Shown here piece by piece: positions 60,180-64,000 of a stretch of 64,000 bases of DNA. Within the stretch, counting starts at the first letter, position 1. Each line of letters begins with the position of its first letter. This stretch comes from Shigella phage Sfk20. The notes under the pieces were generated by a model. It did not search any database and was not told where the DNA came from. It worked only from the letters and a program-made list of their open reading frames with translations. Position numbers and translations under genes: made by a program. Location: the sequence record MW341595. One strand, 5' to 3'.

Positions 60180-61637
60180 ATGATTGAATTAAAAGAGTTA
60201 CCTTTTGTTGATAGCGTTCCTGGCGAAGGTCAGGAACGTATTTCATGGATTAAAAATGGTGAAGAAATATTAGGAGCTAGTACTAAGTATGGAAACGATG
60301 GGTCAATGAATAGACCAACTGTTTCCGTGTTTAAAAACGTCGAGGTTCTCGACGAAAATGTAGGAATTCTTAAAACTGCCATTGAAACATCTCAGGAAGA
60401 TATTAAAACTATTCAAGGCATTTTAGATGTATCAGGAGATATAGAAGCGCTATCACAGATCAGCGTTAATAAAAATGATATATCAAGTTTAAAGACGCTC
60501 ACAAGTGAACATACTGATATATTAAATGGTACAAATACTACGGTTGATAATATTCTTTCTGATATTGGTCCATTTAATTCGCAAGCAAATTCAGTTTATA
60601 GAACGATTAGAAATGATTTGCTGTGGATTAAAAGGGAACTAGGACAATATGCTGGACAAGATATTAATGGTCTTCCTGTTGTAGGAAATAGCAGCACGGG
60701 GATGAAGCACCGTATCATTAATAATACAGATGCTATAACTTCCCAAGGAATACGTCTAAGTGATTTGGAAGAAAAATTTATTGAATCTGATGTAGGTTCG
60801 CTTACAATCGAAGTAGGAAATCTTAGACAGGAATTAGGACAAAGACCGCCTTCATTTAGTGAAAGTATATATTCACGTGTGCATAATTTAGATCAATCAC
60901 AAATTAATCTTAATTCCGAAATTAAATCTATCAAAACTTCTATTGGATATCCAGGAAATACTTCAATAATCACAGATGTTAACACTAATACACGAGAAAT
61001 TTCAGCTTTAACTGATGAGCTAAATAAAAGCGGAGGTGTTAAACAGCGATTAACTGTCATTGAAACATCAATTGGCTCAGATGATATTCCTTCTAGTATT
61101 AAAGGTAAAATTAAAGATAATACAACATCTATTGAGTTTTTAAATGGAATTGTTGGTGAAAACACTTCATCTGGACTACGAGCAAACGTTTCATGGCTAA
61201 ATCAAATCGTTGGAACTGATTCTAGTGGAGGTCAGCCTTCTCCTCCTGGGTCTCTTTTAAATAGGGTTTCAACTATTGAAACTTCTGTTAATAGACTTAA
61301 CAATGATGTTCAAAACTTGCAAGTTGAAATTGGTAATAACACTACTGGAATTAAAGGACAGGTTGTAACATTAAATAAATTAGTAAATGGAACAAATCCA
61401 AATGGTTCAACGGTAGAAGAGCGTGGATTAACTAATTCAATAAAAGCTAATGAAACTAACATTTCTTCTATTAATCAAGAAATGCGTAGTATTAAAAGTA
61501 ATGTATCTTCATTACAGGCGGATGTTCAGACTTTACAGGAAGCAGGTTATATTCCTGAAGCTCCAAAAGATGGTCAAGCTTACGTTCGTAAAGACGGCGA
61601 ATGGGTATTACTTTCTACCTTTTTATCACCAGCATAA
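60180..61637 (+). CDS. wac: fibritin (whisker) protein Wac
   Basis: 485 aa coiled-coil protein ending in foldon [27 protein letters not shown]. Confidence 0.95.
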   Translation: MIELKELPFVDSVPGEGQERISWIKNGEEILGASTKYGNDGSMNRPTVSVFKNVEVLDENVGILKTAIETSQEDIKTIQGILDVSGDIEALSQISVNKNDISSLKTLTSEHTDILNGTNTTVDNILSDIGPFNSQANSVYRTIRNDLLWIKRELGQYAGQDINGLPVVGNSSTGMKHRIINNTDAITSQGIRLSDLEEKFIESDVGSLTIEVGNLRQELGQRPPSFSESIYSRVHNLDQSQINLNSEIKSIKTSIGYPGNTSIITDVNTNTREISALTDELNKSGGVKQRLTVIETSIGSDDIPSSIKGKIKDNTTSIEFLNGIVGENTSSGLRANVSWLNQIVGTDSSGGQPSPPGSLLNRVSTIETSVNRLNNDVQNLQVEIGNNTTGIKGQVVTLNKLVNGTNPNGSTVEERGLTNSIKANETNISSINQEMRSIKSNVSSLQADVQTLQEAGYIPEAPKDGQAYVRKDGEWVLLSTFLSPA

Positions 61638-61639
61638 CA

Positions 61640-61667
61640 GGGGCCGCAAGGCCCCAAAGGATTTTTT
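61640..61667 (+). terminator. stable hairpin / possible terminator after wac
   Basis: GGGGCC-GCAA-GGCCCC then U-run a few nt downstream. Confidence 0.45.
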
Positions 61668-61669
61668 AA

Positions 61670-63371
<1,702 letters not shown>

Positions 63372-63412
63372 TAAATATTATAAACTAATTAAAGCCCAGA
63401 TTAGGAGAAATC

Positions 63413-64000
63413 ATGTTTGGTTATTTTTATAATTCGTCTTTTAGACGATATGCTACCTTGATGGGCGATTTGTTTTCAAATATCCAAATCAAACGTCAGT
63501 TAGAATCTGGTGATAAGTTTATACGTGTTCCTATTACGTATGCATCAAAGGAACACTTCATGATGAAATTAAATAAATGGACATCGATAAATTCGCAAGA
63601 AGATGTAGCTAAAGTTGAAACTATTCTACCTCGTATAAATTTACATTTAGTTGATTTTAGCTATAATGCTCCATTTAAAACAAACATTTTAAATCAGAAT
63701 TTACTGCAAAAAGGCGCAACTTCTGTAGTATCACAGTATAATCCATCTCCTATTAAAATGATTTATGAATTGAGTATCTTTACTCGTTACGAAGACGATA
63801 TGTTTCAAATAGTTGAACAGATTCTTCCATATTTTCAACCTCATTTTAATACAACTATGTACGAACAGTTTGGAAATGATATTCCATTTAAAAGGGATAT
63901 TAAAATTGTACTGATGTCTGCTGCTATAGATGAAGCTATAGATGGAGATAATTTATCTCGTCGTAGAATCGAATGGTCACTAACATTTGAAGTAAACGGA
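63413..64000 (+). CDS. 15: tail sheath stabiliser / tail terminator gp15 (5-prime fragment, continues past window end)
   Basis: ATG 63413 behind AGGAG RBS; open frame to window end (MFGYFYNSSFRRYATLMGDLF...). Confidence 0.85.
   Translation, partial: MFGYFYNSSFRRYATLMGDLFSNIQIKRQLESGDKFIRVPITYASKEHFMMKLNKWTSINSQEDVAKVETILPRINLHLVDFSYNAPFKTNILNQNLLQKGATSVVSQYNPSPIKMIYELSIFTRYEDDMFQIVEQILPYFQPHFNTTMYEQFGNDIPFKRDIKIVLMSAAIDEAIDGDNLSRRRIEWSLTFEVNG

Overview
This window is a contiguous block of a T4-like (T-even, Tevenvirinae) phage genome; gene order and most recognisable proteins match T4 as I recall it, but there are clear differences, so it is a close relative rather than T4 itself. Positions 1-45974 are almost entirely minus-strand early/middle genes: replication and recombination (62 fragment, 44, 45, rpbA, 46, 47), a-gt, late sigma factor 55, anaerobic ribonucleotide reductase (nrdH, nrdG, nrdD), endonuclease VII (49), nrdC, a long run of small accessory ORFs, rI, tk, regB, denV, lysozyme e, nudE, a 10-gene tRNA array, 57B, 57A, and genes 1, 3, 2, 4. 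Positions 46022-64000 are plus-strand late baseplate, tail-fibre and neck genes (53, 5, 5.1, 5.4, 6-12, wac, 13, 14, start of 15). The most interesting material is in the accessory regions: four ORFs carry an N-terminal capsid-targeting-like signal (candidate injected internal proteins), two of them forming a late-promoter-driven cassette beside the tRNA array; the tRNA array has Tyr and Asn genes that T4 lacks; nrdD is uninterrupted; and there are several tandem paralogue families plus an ATPase/nucleotidyltransferase gene pair. All identifications rest on reading the six-frame translations and the DNA by eye and on recalled T4 biology; no database search was run. Where ORFs overlap, the coordinates are the longest ORF and true starts may lie downstream (the ORF track sometimes starts at TTG/GTG).
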